Shown here piece after piece: positions 25,515-33,619 of a stretch of 57,783 nt of DNA. The position numbers and the translations under genes are program-made. The stretch is from a virus. Its lineage: Duplodnaviria; Caudoviricetes. How positions within the stretch are numbered: position 1 is the first letter of the stretch; every line of letters starts with the position of its first letter. Location: IMG/VR virus record IMGVR_UViG_3300043681_000015, positions 1 through 57,783 of that record; one strand, written 5' to 3'. Below the pieces are notes generated by a model that was given only the letters and a program-made list of their open reading frames with translations, ran no database searches and had not been told where the DNA came from.

Positions 25515-26035
25515 GAGGCACCGCCCACTGCACCCTCTCCGCCCTCATCGCAGCCCCCGTCGCCTACGCCCTGACCCGCTCCCCCGAGGCCGCCGCCGCC
25601 CTCGCCCTGGCCGTGGGTGCCGCCGCCCTGCTCCCAGACCTCGACCACGGCGCCAGCACGGCCGCCGGCATCCTCCGCGTCCGCTGGCTGTCCCGGCTCG
25701 CCCAGTCGACGGTGGGCCACCGCGGCCCGGCCTCCCACTCGCTCCTCGCCTGCGTGGCGTGGGCCATCGTCTGGGCGTTCGCCACCGCCGTGGTGCTTGC
25801 GCCTGCGGGGCAGGCGCCCTCCCTCCAAGCGGCGGGGGTGGTGCTGCTCGTGGTGTGGGTGGGCTCGACGCTGCACGTTCTGGAGGACTACATCCCGCTG
25901 GGCAGCAAGGCGGGGGTGCCCCTGCTGTGGCCTCTGAGGCGGGAGCGGCTCAAGCTCCGGCTGCGTCCCCGCGCAGCTTCGGCTTCCGGCCGCGGTGGCT
26001 CGTGGCGAGGTAGTGCTCTACGTCCGCGCCCCTGA
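25511..26035 (+). CDS. YdjM-like membrane metal-dependent hydrolase
   Basis: N-terminal H, LLPDLDH, GHRG..HSL, HVLED and GVPLLWP motifs with TM helices. Confidence 0.8.
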   Translation: MRGTAHCTLSALIAAPVAYALTRSPEAAAALALAVGAAALLPDLDHGASTAAGILRVRWLSRLAQSTVGHRGPASHSLLACVAWAIVWAFATAVVLAPAGQAPSLQAAGVVLLVVWVGSTLHVLEDYIPLGSKAGVPLLWPLRRERLKLRLRPRAASASGRGGSWRGSALRPRP

Positions 26036-26177
26036 CCACATAGGGCACGGTCAACCCCTCCCCCAGCTTCGTCGCCGGTAGCAGTCCCCGCCGGGCGGCC
26101 TTCTTCAGGCGCTCCACGCCCACGCCGTACTTCTCGGCCGCCTCCGCAAGGAGCATCCAGCCCTCCAACCCCGGCAC
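25950..26177 (-). CDS. MerR/excisionase-like HTH DNA-binding protein
   Basis: MLLAEAAEKYGV..LKKAARRGLLPATK..YVV..DVE. Confidence 0.65.
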   Translation of the reverse strand: MPGLEGWMLLAEAAEKYGVGVERLKKAARRGLLPATKLGEGLTVPYVVRGADVEHYLATSHRGRKPKLRGDAAGA

Positions 26178-26219
26178 CCGCCGAGTCTACGCATTTTCCG
26201 TGGCTATGGACAAAAACCC

Positions 26220-26248
26220 TTGACTCGTCCGTAACTGTGGACTATTAT
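26220..26248 (+). promoter_or_regulatory. Sigma70-type promoter, probably leaderless transcript
   Basis: TTGACT-17 bp-TATTAT; the ATG at 26256 is 7 nt after the -10. Confidence 0.75.
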
Positions 26249-26255
26249 AGGGAGC

Positions 26256-26450
26256 ATGAACACACCAGTCAAGCGCACCGAGCAGACGGCGAACGGCCTG
26301 GCGACCTACAGCGAACCCACCTTCCGCACCTACGCCCCCGAGATGATCGTCAAGAACGGCTGGGTCATCGTGACCCAGCTCTGCGAGGAACTGGTCGAGG
26401 GCCGCTGGGAGGGGTTCATCTCCATCGTGCGCGAGGAGCCGGTGCGATGA
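26256..26450 (+). CDS. Hypothetical protein
   Basis: First gene after the promoter; ATGA coupling to the next small ORF. Confidence 0.55.
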   Translation: MNTPVKRTEQTANGLATYSEPTFRTYAPEMIVKNGWVIVTQLCEELVEGRWEGFISIVREEPVR

Positions 26451-26678
26451 AGCCCGCCACCAAGCCGCAGCCGAAGCAGCCGATCGTCCTCCGCTTCTAC
26501 CTCCCGGGCGGGGTAGAGACGGACGCGGCGGGGTTTGAGCAGGCGCTGAAGCAGGCGGGGAGGAAGTGACCCGCCTCTGGGCCGCGCTCCTCACCCGCTG
26601 GCGCCGGTGGCGGGCGGCTCGGGCCGAGCTGCGGAAGCGGGCGCGCGACTACGAGGGGTACAACCGGGATGGGCAGCG

Positions 26679-27152
26679 GTGACGAACATGGGATACAAGC
26701 ACGGTACGCCGACTGAACGGTTCTGGCCCAAGGTCAACAAGGACGGCCCCGTCCCGGCTCACCGGCCAGACCTCGGGCCGTGCTGGGAGTGGATAGCGAG
26801 CCGTAATCAGTTCGGCTACAGCCAGTTCCGCCTTGGCCCCCGGATGGTGGGCGGCCACCGCTTCGCCTACGAGCTGCTGGTGGAGCCCATCCCAGCGGGC
26901 CTGGACATCGACCACCTCTGCCGCAACCGGGGCTGCGTGAACCCGTGGCACCTTGAGCCGGTGACGGAGCGGGTCAACGTCTTCCGGGGGATCGGCAACC
27001 CCACGGTGGAGAACGCCTCAAAGACCCACTGCCCGCAGGGGCACCCCTACGACGAGGCGAACACCTACCACCGCGCCTACGACCACTCCCGCCAGTGCCG
27101 CGCCTGCAACCGGGAAAGAGTCAAGGCGTGGAAGCTGCGGCAGCCGCATTAA
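26679..27152 (+). CDS. HNH endonuclease
   Basis: RFWPKV..CWEW, HRFAYE, DHLCRNRGCVNPWHLEPVT..N, and C-terminal KTHCPQGH..CRAC. Confidence 0.88.
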   Translation: MTNMGYKHGTPTERFWPKVNKDGPVPAHRPDLGPCWEWIASRNQFGYSQFRLGPRMVGGHRFAYELLVEPIPAGLDIDHLCRNRGCVNPWHLEPVTERVNVFRGIGNPTVENASKTHCPQGHPYDEANTYHRAYDHSRQCRACNRERVKAWKLRQPH

Positions 27153-27198
27153 GCTGCTCATCATATTCCGCCTTAGCAAGCAAGAAACGGGGTTCCAG

Positions 27199-27573
27199 AT
27201 GTCAAACGAACGGCTCGCGGCCATCGAAGCCCAGGCGGAGGCGCTCTCGGCCCTCGCCGGGGTGCTGGACACCGAGCCCGTGGTGTTCGACGGGGCGCCG
27301 CCCCAGCGCACGCCGCACCCCCGCGCCCACTACCACCGCTGGCGCATCGGGAGCGACGAGTACGTCTACCACGCCCACCCCGAGGAGCGGGACTTTCCGG
27401 GGCACAAGCACTTCCACCTGGACGGGCACGCCATGTACTACGTGCCCCTGGCCGCCGCCGATCCCCCGCCGGAGCCCACGAGCGAGCCGCCGGCCAGCGA
27501 GCCCGACGACGACGAGTGGTTCGTGCCGGGCCCCGGCGGCGGGTACCTCGGGGACCCCAGGGACCGCCGATGA
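27199..27573 (+). CDS. His-rich hypothetical protein
   Basis: ORF containing HYH, HAH and HKHFH motifs. Confidence 0.55.
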   Translation: MSNERLAAIEAQAEALSALAGVLDTEPVVFDGAPPQRTPHPRAHYHRWRIGSDEYVYHAHPEERDFPGHKHFHLDGHAMYYVPLAAADPPPEPTSEPPASEPDDDEWFVPGPGGGYLGDPRDRR

Positions 27574-27774
27574 CCCGCGTCTCAGAGCAGCTCTGGGTCT
27601 GCCGGTGGCCGGCCGACGTGAACGACCTGGATTGGGCACTCTACGCTTTTGCGCCCGACCTGACGCCCAAGCAATTCGACGCGCTGCGCCGGATGCTGCT
27701 GGCCCTCGACCGGAGCGACGAACCGCCGCGCCGCCGGCGGGCGACCCGCACGCCCACCCCTACGGAGACGAACG

Positions 27775-28116
27775 ATGAGCAGCGACGACTTCACCCGCGA
27801 GCCCCTCGGCATCGGCCCGCGGCTGAAAGAACTGGACCGGCAGCTCAAGGCCGCCGATCGGGAGGCGCTGGGGAACATCAGCGCCGGGCTCGCCCAGGCG
27901 ATCAGCGAGCGGGACGCGGCGCGGGCCGAGAACGCTCGGCTGCGCGAGTGCCTGGAGGGGATGGTCTGGCAGTTCGGCCATCCCTTCGAGCGCGACGGGG
28001 AGCACTACCTCGGCACGATGGGCCTCTCCAACCTGGAGGACGCCTTCGAGGTGCTGGGATGGGACGATCCGCACCCCTATGACCCGGACGAGGGGCTCGT
28101 CGGTCACGAGCGATGA
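27775..28116 (+). CDS. Hypothetical protein
   Basis: RBS GGAG; coiled-coil N-terminus; ATGA coupling to the HNH gene. Confidence 0.55.
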   Translation: MSSDDFTREPLGIGPRLKELDRQLKAADREALGNISAGLAQAISERDAARAENARLRECLEGMVWQFGHPFERDGEHYLGTMGLSNLEDAFEVLGWDDPHPYDPDEGLVGHER

Positions 28117-28625
28117 AACGGAACTGGTCGCCGGGCCGCCCGCTCCCGCTGTGGGATCGCTTCTGGAGCCACGTTGACCCCAACGGCCCCGTCCCGGCGG
28201 CGTGCCCCGAACTCGGCCCCTGCTGGCTGTGGACGGGCCGGCTGAACCACATTGGGTATGGGCGGTTCTTCCTCACCTCGGACACGCCCAGGCTCAGCGC
28301 CCCGCCGCACCGCTGGCTCTACGAGCAGCTCACCGACGAGCCGTTCCCCGAGGGCCAGGAGCCCGACCACCTGTGCTTCAACCGGGGCTGCGTCAACCCG
28401 GCCCACCTTGAGCCCGTGACGCACCGGGAGAACGTCCTGCGGGGAACGAGCTTCATGGCGACGAAGGCGGCCCAGACGGAGTGCGTCAACGGGCACCCCT
28501 TCACCGAGGAGAACATCTACCGGCGACCCGGCCAGCCGGGGTGGCGGGCGTGCCGGGCCTGCCTCCGGGAACGGGCGCGGGAGCGGTACCGCGCGCACCG
28601 AACGCGGAACGCCGTTTCGGGTTAA
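28113..28625 (+). CDS. HNH endonuclease (paralog of 26679-27152)
   Basis: RFWSHV..CWLWTG, DHLCFNRGCVNPAHLEPVTHREN, CVNGH..CRAC. Confidence 0.88.
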   Translation: MKRNWSPGRPLPLWDRFWSHVDPNGPVPAACPELGPCWLWTGRLNHIGYGRFFLTSDTPRLSAPPHRWLYEQLTDEPFPEGQEPDHLCFNRGCVNPAHLEPVTHRENVLRGTSFMATKAAQTECVNGHPFTEENIYRRPGQPGWRACRACLRERARERYRAHRTRNAVSG

Positions 28626-28662
28626 TTAACTCGCAGTAACGCTCGCCCCCAGGAGTAGTCAG

Positions 28663-28980
28663 ATGAACGAGCGCGATGCGGCGGTCGCACGGATGGCGCG
28701 AGACGCGGCGCAGATCGAACGGCTGCGAGCCGACAACGCGCGGCTGCGGGAGCAGCAGGCGCGGGAGCAGGCACAGGCCGACGAGTGCATGGCCCTGCTC
28801 CGGCTGGGGGATCACCTGGAGCGGTACGGGGACGCGATCTACGTCACCGAGCCGGTACCCGAGCTGCCCAAGGGGCGCCGCTTCCACTTCGTGATTACGG
28901 TCGCCAGGTCACAGCCGGACAACGTGGAGCGGGTGGTCGCCATCGAGCGGTTCGATCCGCTGAAGCACGACCACCATTAA
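28663..28980 (+). CDS. Hypothetical protein
   Basis: RBS AGGAG; coiled-coil N-terminus. Confidence 0.55.
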   Translation: MNERDAAVARMARDAAQIERLRADNARLREQQAREQAQADECMALLRLGDHLERYGDAIYVTEPVPELPKGRRFHFVITVARSQPDNVERVVAIERFDPLKHDHH

Positions 28981-29104
28981 CTTGCGCATCGTAACGGCAC
29001 AAAAGACTCATGAAAGGAGGTTCCGCGCCGCCGTAAACGCGCCGGCCGCCAGGAGGACAAGTCCCGGCGGCCGACGACTTCCCGCCCAAGAGAGGAAGAG
29101 TCTC

Positions 29105-29962
29105 TTGAACCGGCACCGCACATCGTATCTCGCCGCCCTTCCGGCGGCCGTCCTCGCCCTGGCCTTGTACGCCGTTCCCGCCCTCGCGTGCGGCGGCCCT
29201 TGCCCCACGGAGACGCCGACGCCCACCGCGACCAGCACGCCTACGGAGGTGCCGACATCGACGCCGACGATCGCCCCGCCCAGCTCGCCCACGGCGACGC
29301 CCTCTGCGTCGTCGACGCCCCCGGGCTCTCCCACCGTTACAAGCTCGCCGGCGGCGCCCTCACCGTCGCCTTTCGCTACGACCCCGCCCGCTTCGGCGAC
29401 GCCTGGCACCTCTCCGTCAGCGACGGCCACGACCACCTCGACGCCCTCCTCCGGTCCGGGGACGCCGCCGGCATCGCCTTCGCCACCGCCGGCCCCAGAA
29501 CAGCGTCGGGAGGGGCGCCCGCCGGATCAGACGCCCATCGAGATCTGCATCAGTCTCCCGGGCGGGAACCGGACGCTCACCATCCACCGCGACGAGACGC
29601 CGAAGTACGACCGCCAGATCGTGAACCGGATGCCAGGGCGCCCGCAGTACCCCCAGGAGGGGCCATGCCTGACCCCGCCGACCCCGAACCCTTCCGTCAC
29701 AGCCACGGCCACGGTGGCCCCTACCACGACCTCGGCCCCGTCCCCCACGACCACCCCCACCGCCACCCCCACCACAGTGAGTACGGCGGTGGCGACCATC
29801 CCGGCCATCCCATCGTTGGCGCCTGAGCCCACCCCCACCCCCGTGGTGGCGGCGCCCGAGCCCTCGCCGACGCCTACGCCGGACTTCACCTTCACGCCGA
29901 ACGCCAGCGGGCCGGGCCGGGGCTTCCTGCTGGACGTCCTCGACGCGCTGCGGGGCCGCTAG
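29105..29962 (+). CDS. Secreted Pro/Thr/Ser-rich (mucin-like) protein
   Basis: TTG start after AGAGGAAG; signal peptide ending VPALA-C; two long P/T/S tracts around a small domain with two Cys. Confidence 0.6.
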   Translation: MNRHRTSYLAALPAAVLALALYAVPALACGGPCPTETPTPTATSTPTEVPTSTPTIAPPSSPTATPSASSTPPGSPTVTSSPAAPSPSPFATTPPASATPGTSPSATATTTSTPSSGPGTPPASPSPPPAPEQRREGRPPDQTPIEICISLPGGNRTLTIHRDETPKYDRQIVNRMPGRPQYPQEGPCLTPPTPNPSVTATATVAPTTTSAPSPTTTPTATPTTVSTAVATIPAIPSLAPEPTPTPVVAAPEPSPTPTPDFTFTPNASGPGRGFLLDVLDALRGR

Positions 29963-30070
29963 TCCCGGACCTGCATCCTTCCGGTGCTCCCCCGCACCCG
30001 CCTCCCGCCCCGCGCGACCCGGCCGGACCTCAAGCGGGCGGCGCGGCGGGCGGGCGGAGGCCCCCGGAAC

Positions 30071-30098
30071 GGGTTCGTGATCCGTTCGTCACGAACCC
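30071..30098. other. Candidate attP core (inverted repeat with 8-bp spacer)
   Basis: GGGTTCGTGA-TCCGTTCG-TCACGAACCC just downstream of the integrase. Confidence 0.45.
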
Positions 30099-30113
30099 TC
30101 ACCCCCAGATACA

Positions 30114-30147
30114 GAGCCCGGTTTCGGTACCCACCGAAACCGGGCTC
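30114..30147. terminator. 15-bp perfect hairpin between convergent genes
   Basis: GAGCCCGGTTTCGGT-ACCC-ACCGAAACCGGGCTC. Confidence 0.6.
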
Positions 30148-30169
30148 ACTTGCTTCGCACTAGTTCCGA

Positions 30170-31294
30170 CTAACGAAACGCCCGCTCGAGCGCGGTCGCG
30201 GCGGCCGTCGTGTCGGTGCGGACGACGTGCGCGTAGATCCTCAACGTGGTGGCCGGCGAGGCGTGCCCCAGCAGCCGGGACACCTCCGTGATCGGCCGCC
30301 CCGCGTCGAGCAGATGGCTGCCGTAGGTGTGGCGTAACAGGTGGGGCGTCACCCGCTTGCGGATGCCCGCCTTCTCCGCATCGTTCTGGAGGTCGCGCAC
30401 CGTGTTCCCCGGGTGCAGCGGCGTCCCGTGCCGCGTGAGGAACACGCGCCCCTCCTGGTCCAGCCACAGGGGTGCCCCCACCTTCTCGATCCGCTGCGCC
30501 CTGCGGTGCTCCTGGAGCGCCCTGAGGCACGCCGCGGGGAGGTCGACCGTCCTTACGGACGAGTGGTTCTTGGGGTACGCCCGCAGCCGGTGGCCGGCGC
30601 CCTCCGGCCCCTGCGCCCACACCCGCTGCACCGTCACCCGCCCGCGCTCGAGGTCGACGTCCCGCCAGAGCAGCCCCAGCAGCTCCCCCTCCCGCAGCCC
30701 GGAGTAGGCGGCCAGCGTCCACAGCGCCCGCCCCCTGCCGGGGACGGCGAGCAGGGCGGCCACCTCCGCGCCGGTGAGGGCCTCCACCTCGCTGCGCTCT
30801 TTCTTCGGCAGGGCGCCCCGCAGGGTGGCGCAGGGGTTCCGCGCGAGGAGCCCGTCCGCCACCGCCTGGTCGAGGGCCTGCCGGAGCACGCCGTGGGCGT
30901 GGCGCACCGTCACCGGCGAGTACCCCCTCGCCGTCAGGGCCGCATACGCCCGGCGGACGGCCGGCGCCGCCAGCTCGTGCAGCCGGACCCTCCCCAGGTG
31001 GGGCGTCAGGTGCCGCACCGCCACCCCGTAGCGCGCCCAGGTGGAGGGCACCACCGTGGGCCGCTTCCCCTCGAGCCAGGACGCCAAGAGCGCTCCCACC
31101 GTGACGCGCCGCCCGGCGGGGTCGCCCAGGAGCCCCGCCCGGTGCTGCGCCACGAGGTCGTCCCGCTTCCGCCGGGCCTCCGTCTTCGTGGCGCCCGTGA
31201 CGTGGTACCGCTTCCCCGCGATCTGGACCTGGATGCCCACCTTCCCGGAGGGCAGCTCGTACTCCCGCCCCTGACCGGGGCGCGCGCGGGGCAC
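30170..31294 (-). CDS. int: Tyrosine integrase
   Basis: SGLREGELLGL (R), PK (K), HLLRHTYGS (HxxR), LGHA..TTLRIY (H, Y); N-terminal arm-binding and core-binding domains. Confidence 0.95.
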   Translation of the reverse strand: MPRARPGQGREYELPSGKVGIQVQIAGKRYHVTGATKTEARRKRDDLVAQHRAGLLGDPAGRRVTVGALLASWLEGKRPTVVPSTWARYGVAVRHLTPHLGRVRLHELAAPAVRRAYAALTARGYSPVTVRHAHGVLRQALDQAVADGLLARNPCATLRGALPKKERSEVEALTGAEVAALLAVPGRGRALWTLAAYSGLREGELLGLLWRDVDLERGRVTVQRVWAQGPEGAGHRLRAYPKNHSSVRTVDLPAACLRALQEHRRAQRIEKVGAPLWLDQEGRVFLTRHGTPLHPGNTVRDLQNDAEKAGIRKRVTPHLLRHTYGSHLLDAGRPITEVSRLLGHASPATTLRIYAHVVRTDTTAAATALERAFR

Positions 31295-31296
31295 GC

Positions 31297-32115
31297 CTAG
31301 CCCGCCTTCGCCGGGACGCCCTCCGGGCCGCCCGCCACGAAGAAGGTCTCGGCCGCGCCCCCGGCGCCGCGGATGTGCCCGATGGCCGCGGGCGGCGACT
31401 GGTACTCCACGACCTCGCCCAGGACGTCCGCCCGGTCGATGCCCTCCCGGTGCGCCCCCGTGAACAGCGACCAGGTGTCGCCCGGGTGGTGCTCCAGCGC
31501 GCCCACCATCAGGCGCCCCGTGGCGCTCATCCCGGCGACGATGGCCCCCGGCCGCGCCGCGTCCGCCAGGCGGGTGTCCACGAACAGGCGGAAGCCCGCC
31601 CGCACCCGCCCGATGGTGGTGTCGATCTCCGCCAGCCCGTCGTCCCCCACGAGCACGGCGAACACGTCCGCCGGCCCCCCGAGTGCCCCGCTCTGCTCCC
31701 GCATAACCACGCTCCCGCCTCCCGAACCGGGACCGGCGGCCCCCCTCCCCCGCGGATCGTCCCGCCCCCAGAGCGGGTAGGCATCGTACCAGCAAACGCC
31801 CGCGGTGCTCGCGGAGGATAACGCCGGGGGTAGCGTATCCGATAGTCCGCTAGCGGACAACTCGCGGGCGGTTGCGGCGGCCGCAACCGCCGCGGCGGCC
31901 GCCAGCAGCTCCTCCGGCGTGGTGCCGAGGACGGCCGCGACGGCCGGCAGGAGGTCCGGCGGGACAGGGTGCGTGCCCTTCAGCCAGTAGCCCACGGTCG
32001 AGCGGCTCCGCCCCGTCCGGCGCGCCAGCTCGGCCCCGAGCCCGCGGCGGCCGCGCGCCCGCTCCGCGATCACCGCGCCCAGCGCGGCGGCCTGCGCCCG
32101 ATCCAGTTCCACCAC
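31297..32115 (-). CDS. CI-like repressor: XRE HTH plus degenerate S24-like domain
   Basis: AELARRTGRSRSTVGYWLKG..P..L..VAAVLG HTH; C-terminal VFAVLVGDD..GAIV..VLGEVV; upstream of int and divergent from the early operon. Confidence 0.7.
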   Translation of the reverse strand: MVELDRAQAAALGAVIAERARGRRGLGAELARRTGRSRSTVGYWLKGTHPVPPDLLPAVAAVLGTTPEELLAAAAAVAAAATARELSASGLSDTLPPALSSASTAGVCWYDAYPLWGRDDPRGRGAAGPGSGGGSVVMREQSGALGGPADVFAVLVGDDGLAEIDTTIGRVRAGFRLFVDTRLADAARPGAIVAGMSATGRLMVGALEHHPGDTWSLFTGAHREGIDRADVLGEVVEYQSPPAAIGHIRGAGGAAETFFVAGGPEGVPAKAG

Positions 32116-32264
32116 GGTCGCTCCCGGAGGTGCCGGGGGGCCGCCCCGGCCCCGCAATGTTCCGAACACCATTCCACTGTAGCACCAGTACTCGGGGAGC
32201 GGTTGGTCCGCCGCCAGATCGCTACCACATCTTGACATTGTGCTGAACACGTCCCTCAAATGGC

Positions 32265-32293
32265 TTGCACATTCCGCCGGTGTTCTGTACGAT
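32265..32293 (+). promoter_or_regulatory. Early (PR-like) promoter
   Basis: TTGCAC-17 bp-TACGAT, facing the early operon. Confidence 0.6.
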
Positions 32294-32302
32294 GGCGGGG
32301 CG

Positions 32303-32773
32303 ATGGTCGAACAGACGGCGGTTGTGCAGAACAAGCACCCCCGGCGGCCGGCGGGGGCCGGGGTGCGGACGTGGCCGAAGGTGACGCTGCACCTCCCCCC
32401 GGCCGTCGCCGCCGAGGCGAAAGCCCTGGCGGAGGCGAAGGGCCTGTCCCTGTCCGAGGCGCTGGCGACGGCGCTGGAGGCGGTGGGGCTGCCCTACCTG
32501 CGCGTCGTGCCGGCGCGAGAGAGGAGGACATGGACGGATGGAACCACCAAGCGGCCGCGGCGGGGACCGGCGCTCGCCGCTCGCGGTGCTGGAGCAGGAA
32601 GCGGCGGAGATCTACGTCGAGGCGCAGGCGGTGAGCCGGCGCATCAAGACGGACCGCGCCTTCACGACGGCGCACCAGCGCGTAGCCCTCGCCGGGCTGC
32701 GCGACCAGTGCCTCAGCGTCGCGGCGCTGCTCGGGCAGATCGACGCGCAAAAGGAGAGCACCTGAGTGTCTAG
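32303..32773 (+). CDS. CopG/RHH-type DNA-binding protein at the cro position (C-terminal extent uncertain)
   Basis: KVTLHLPPAVAAEAKALAEAKGLSLSEAL RHH pattern. Confidence 0.55.
   Translation: MVEQTAVVQNKHPRRPAGAGVRTWPKVTLHLPPAVAAEAKALAEAKGLSLSEALATALEAVGLPYLRVVPARERRTWTDGTTKRPRRGPALAARGAGAGSGGDLRRGAGGEPAHQDGPRLHDGAPARSPRRAARPVPQRRGAARADRRAKGEHLSV
32538..32765 (+). CDS. Hypothetical protein
   Basis: RBS GAGGAGG upstream; helical protein-like composition. Confidence 0.45.
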   Translation: MEPPSGRGGDRRSPLAVLEQEAAEIYVEAQAVSRRIKTDRAFTTAHQRVALAGLRDQCLSVAALLGQIDAQKEST

Positions 32774-32822
32774 ACCCAGGTGCTCCGCGACCCATCTTGT
32801 TGAGAAGAAAGGGTGTGCCCAC

Positions 32823-33131
32823 ATGTTAGGGCAATCGGCAGAGCACGCACAAGCGCCGGCCACGATGCCGGTGGAGGAGGCGGCCCGCCGCCTGGGCTGG
32901 TCGGAGAAGACGGTCCGCCGCGCCCTGAACAACGGGACGCTGCGGGGCTACAAGCCGGGACTGCTGCGCTGGACGGTGCTGACGTCCTCGGTGGACGCGG
33001 TGCTGCGGGGCGCGCAGGACGGGGTGCCCGCCGGGGTGCCGGACAAGCTGCGCCGGCTGGCCCGCCTGGACGCCGCGGCCGCGGCGCTCCGGCTCGAGCT
33101 GGCGGACGACCTCCAGGGGGTGAGCAAGTGA
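32823..33131 (+). CDS. Excisionase-like HTH_17 protein
   Basis: MPVEEAARRLGWSEKTVRRALNNGTLRGYK..W.V. Confidence 0.75.
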   Translation: MLGQSAEHAQAPATMPVEEAARRLGWSEKTVRRALNNGTLRGYKPGLLRWTVLTSSVDAVLRGAQDGVPAGVPDKLRRLARLDAAAAALRLELADDLQGVSK

Positions 33132-33619
33132 ACGGCGACCAGTACCCCGCCGACGAGGTCGTGCGGGCCACCGTCGAGGCGGTGAACGAGCGCGGCGCCA
33201 AGCTGACCGGCGTCGGCTGGTGCAACTTCTCCAAGTTCGGGAACGTCGCCCCGCCGGCCGTGGGCGACGAGGTCGAGGCCACCCTGCGACCGGGCAAGCA
33301 GGGCGGCTACTGGATACAGGGCCTGCGCCCGGTGGGCGACGCCCCGGCGGGCTCCGACCGGGACTTCGGGACGGACGCGCCGGAGGACGACCTCGACCCG
33401 TCAACCTTCGGCTACGACACCCCCGCCCGCGGCTCGGGCGCCGCGCCCCGGCCCGTCGCCGCCAAGCCGGTGCCGGCGAAGCCCGCCGGTAAGGCCACCC
33501 TCAAGGCCGCGGCCCTGGCCTCCGCCGCCCACTTCCTGAGCAGCAAGCCGGAGGCGACCGAGGACGCCGTCTACGACCTCGCCTACCGCTTTTTGGCATG
33601 GATCGAGGAGGCCGACTGA
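33128..33619 (+). CDS. Hypothetical protein, possibly OB-fold ssDNA-binding
   Basis: Beta-rich N-terminus (W.NFSKF..VGDEVE..GYWI), acidic linker and helical C-terminus; located among early genes. Confidence 0.45.
   Translation: MNGDQYPADEVVRATVEAVNERGAKLTGVGWCNFSKFGNVAPPAVGDEVEATLRPGKQGGYWIQGLRPVGDAPAGSDRDFGTDAPEDDLDPSTFGYDTPARGSGAAPRPVAAKPVPAKPAGKATLKAAALASAAHFLSSKPEATEDAVYDLAYRFLAWIEEAD

Noticed and set aside
27516-28082. 188-aa ORF overlapping 27775-28116
   Set aside because: The part from ATG 27570 may be coding, but its second half is a shadow of the next gene, so the boundaries cannot be supported.
28990-29095. c-di-GMP-I or c-di-AMP riboswitch
   Set aside because: It has a GAAA-containing stem but lacks the other consensus blocks I would expect; kept only as an unclassified structured leader.
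29963-30170. tRNA gene or tRNA fragment at attP
   Set aside because: GGTTCG motifs are present but no cloverleaf or T-arm/acceptor/CCA arrangement could be built.
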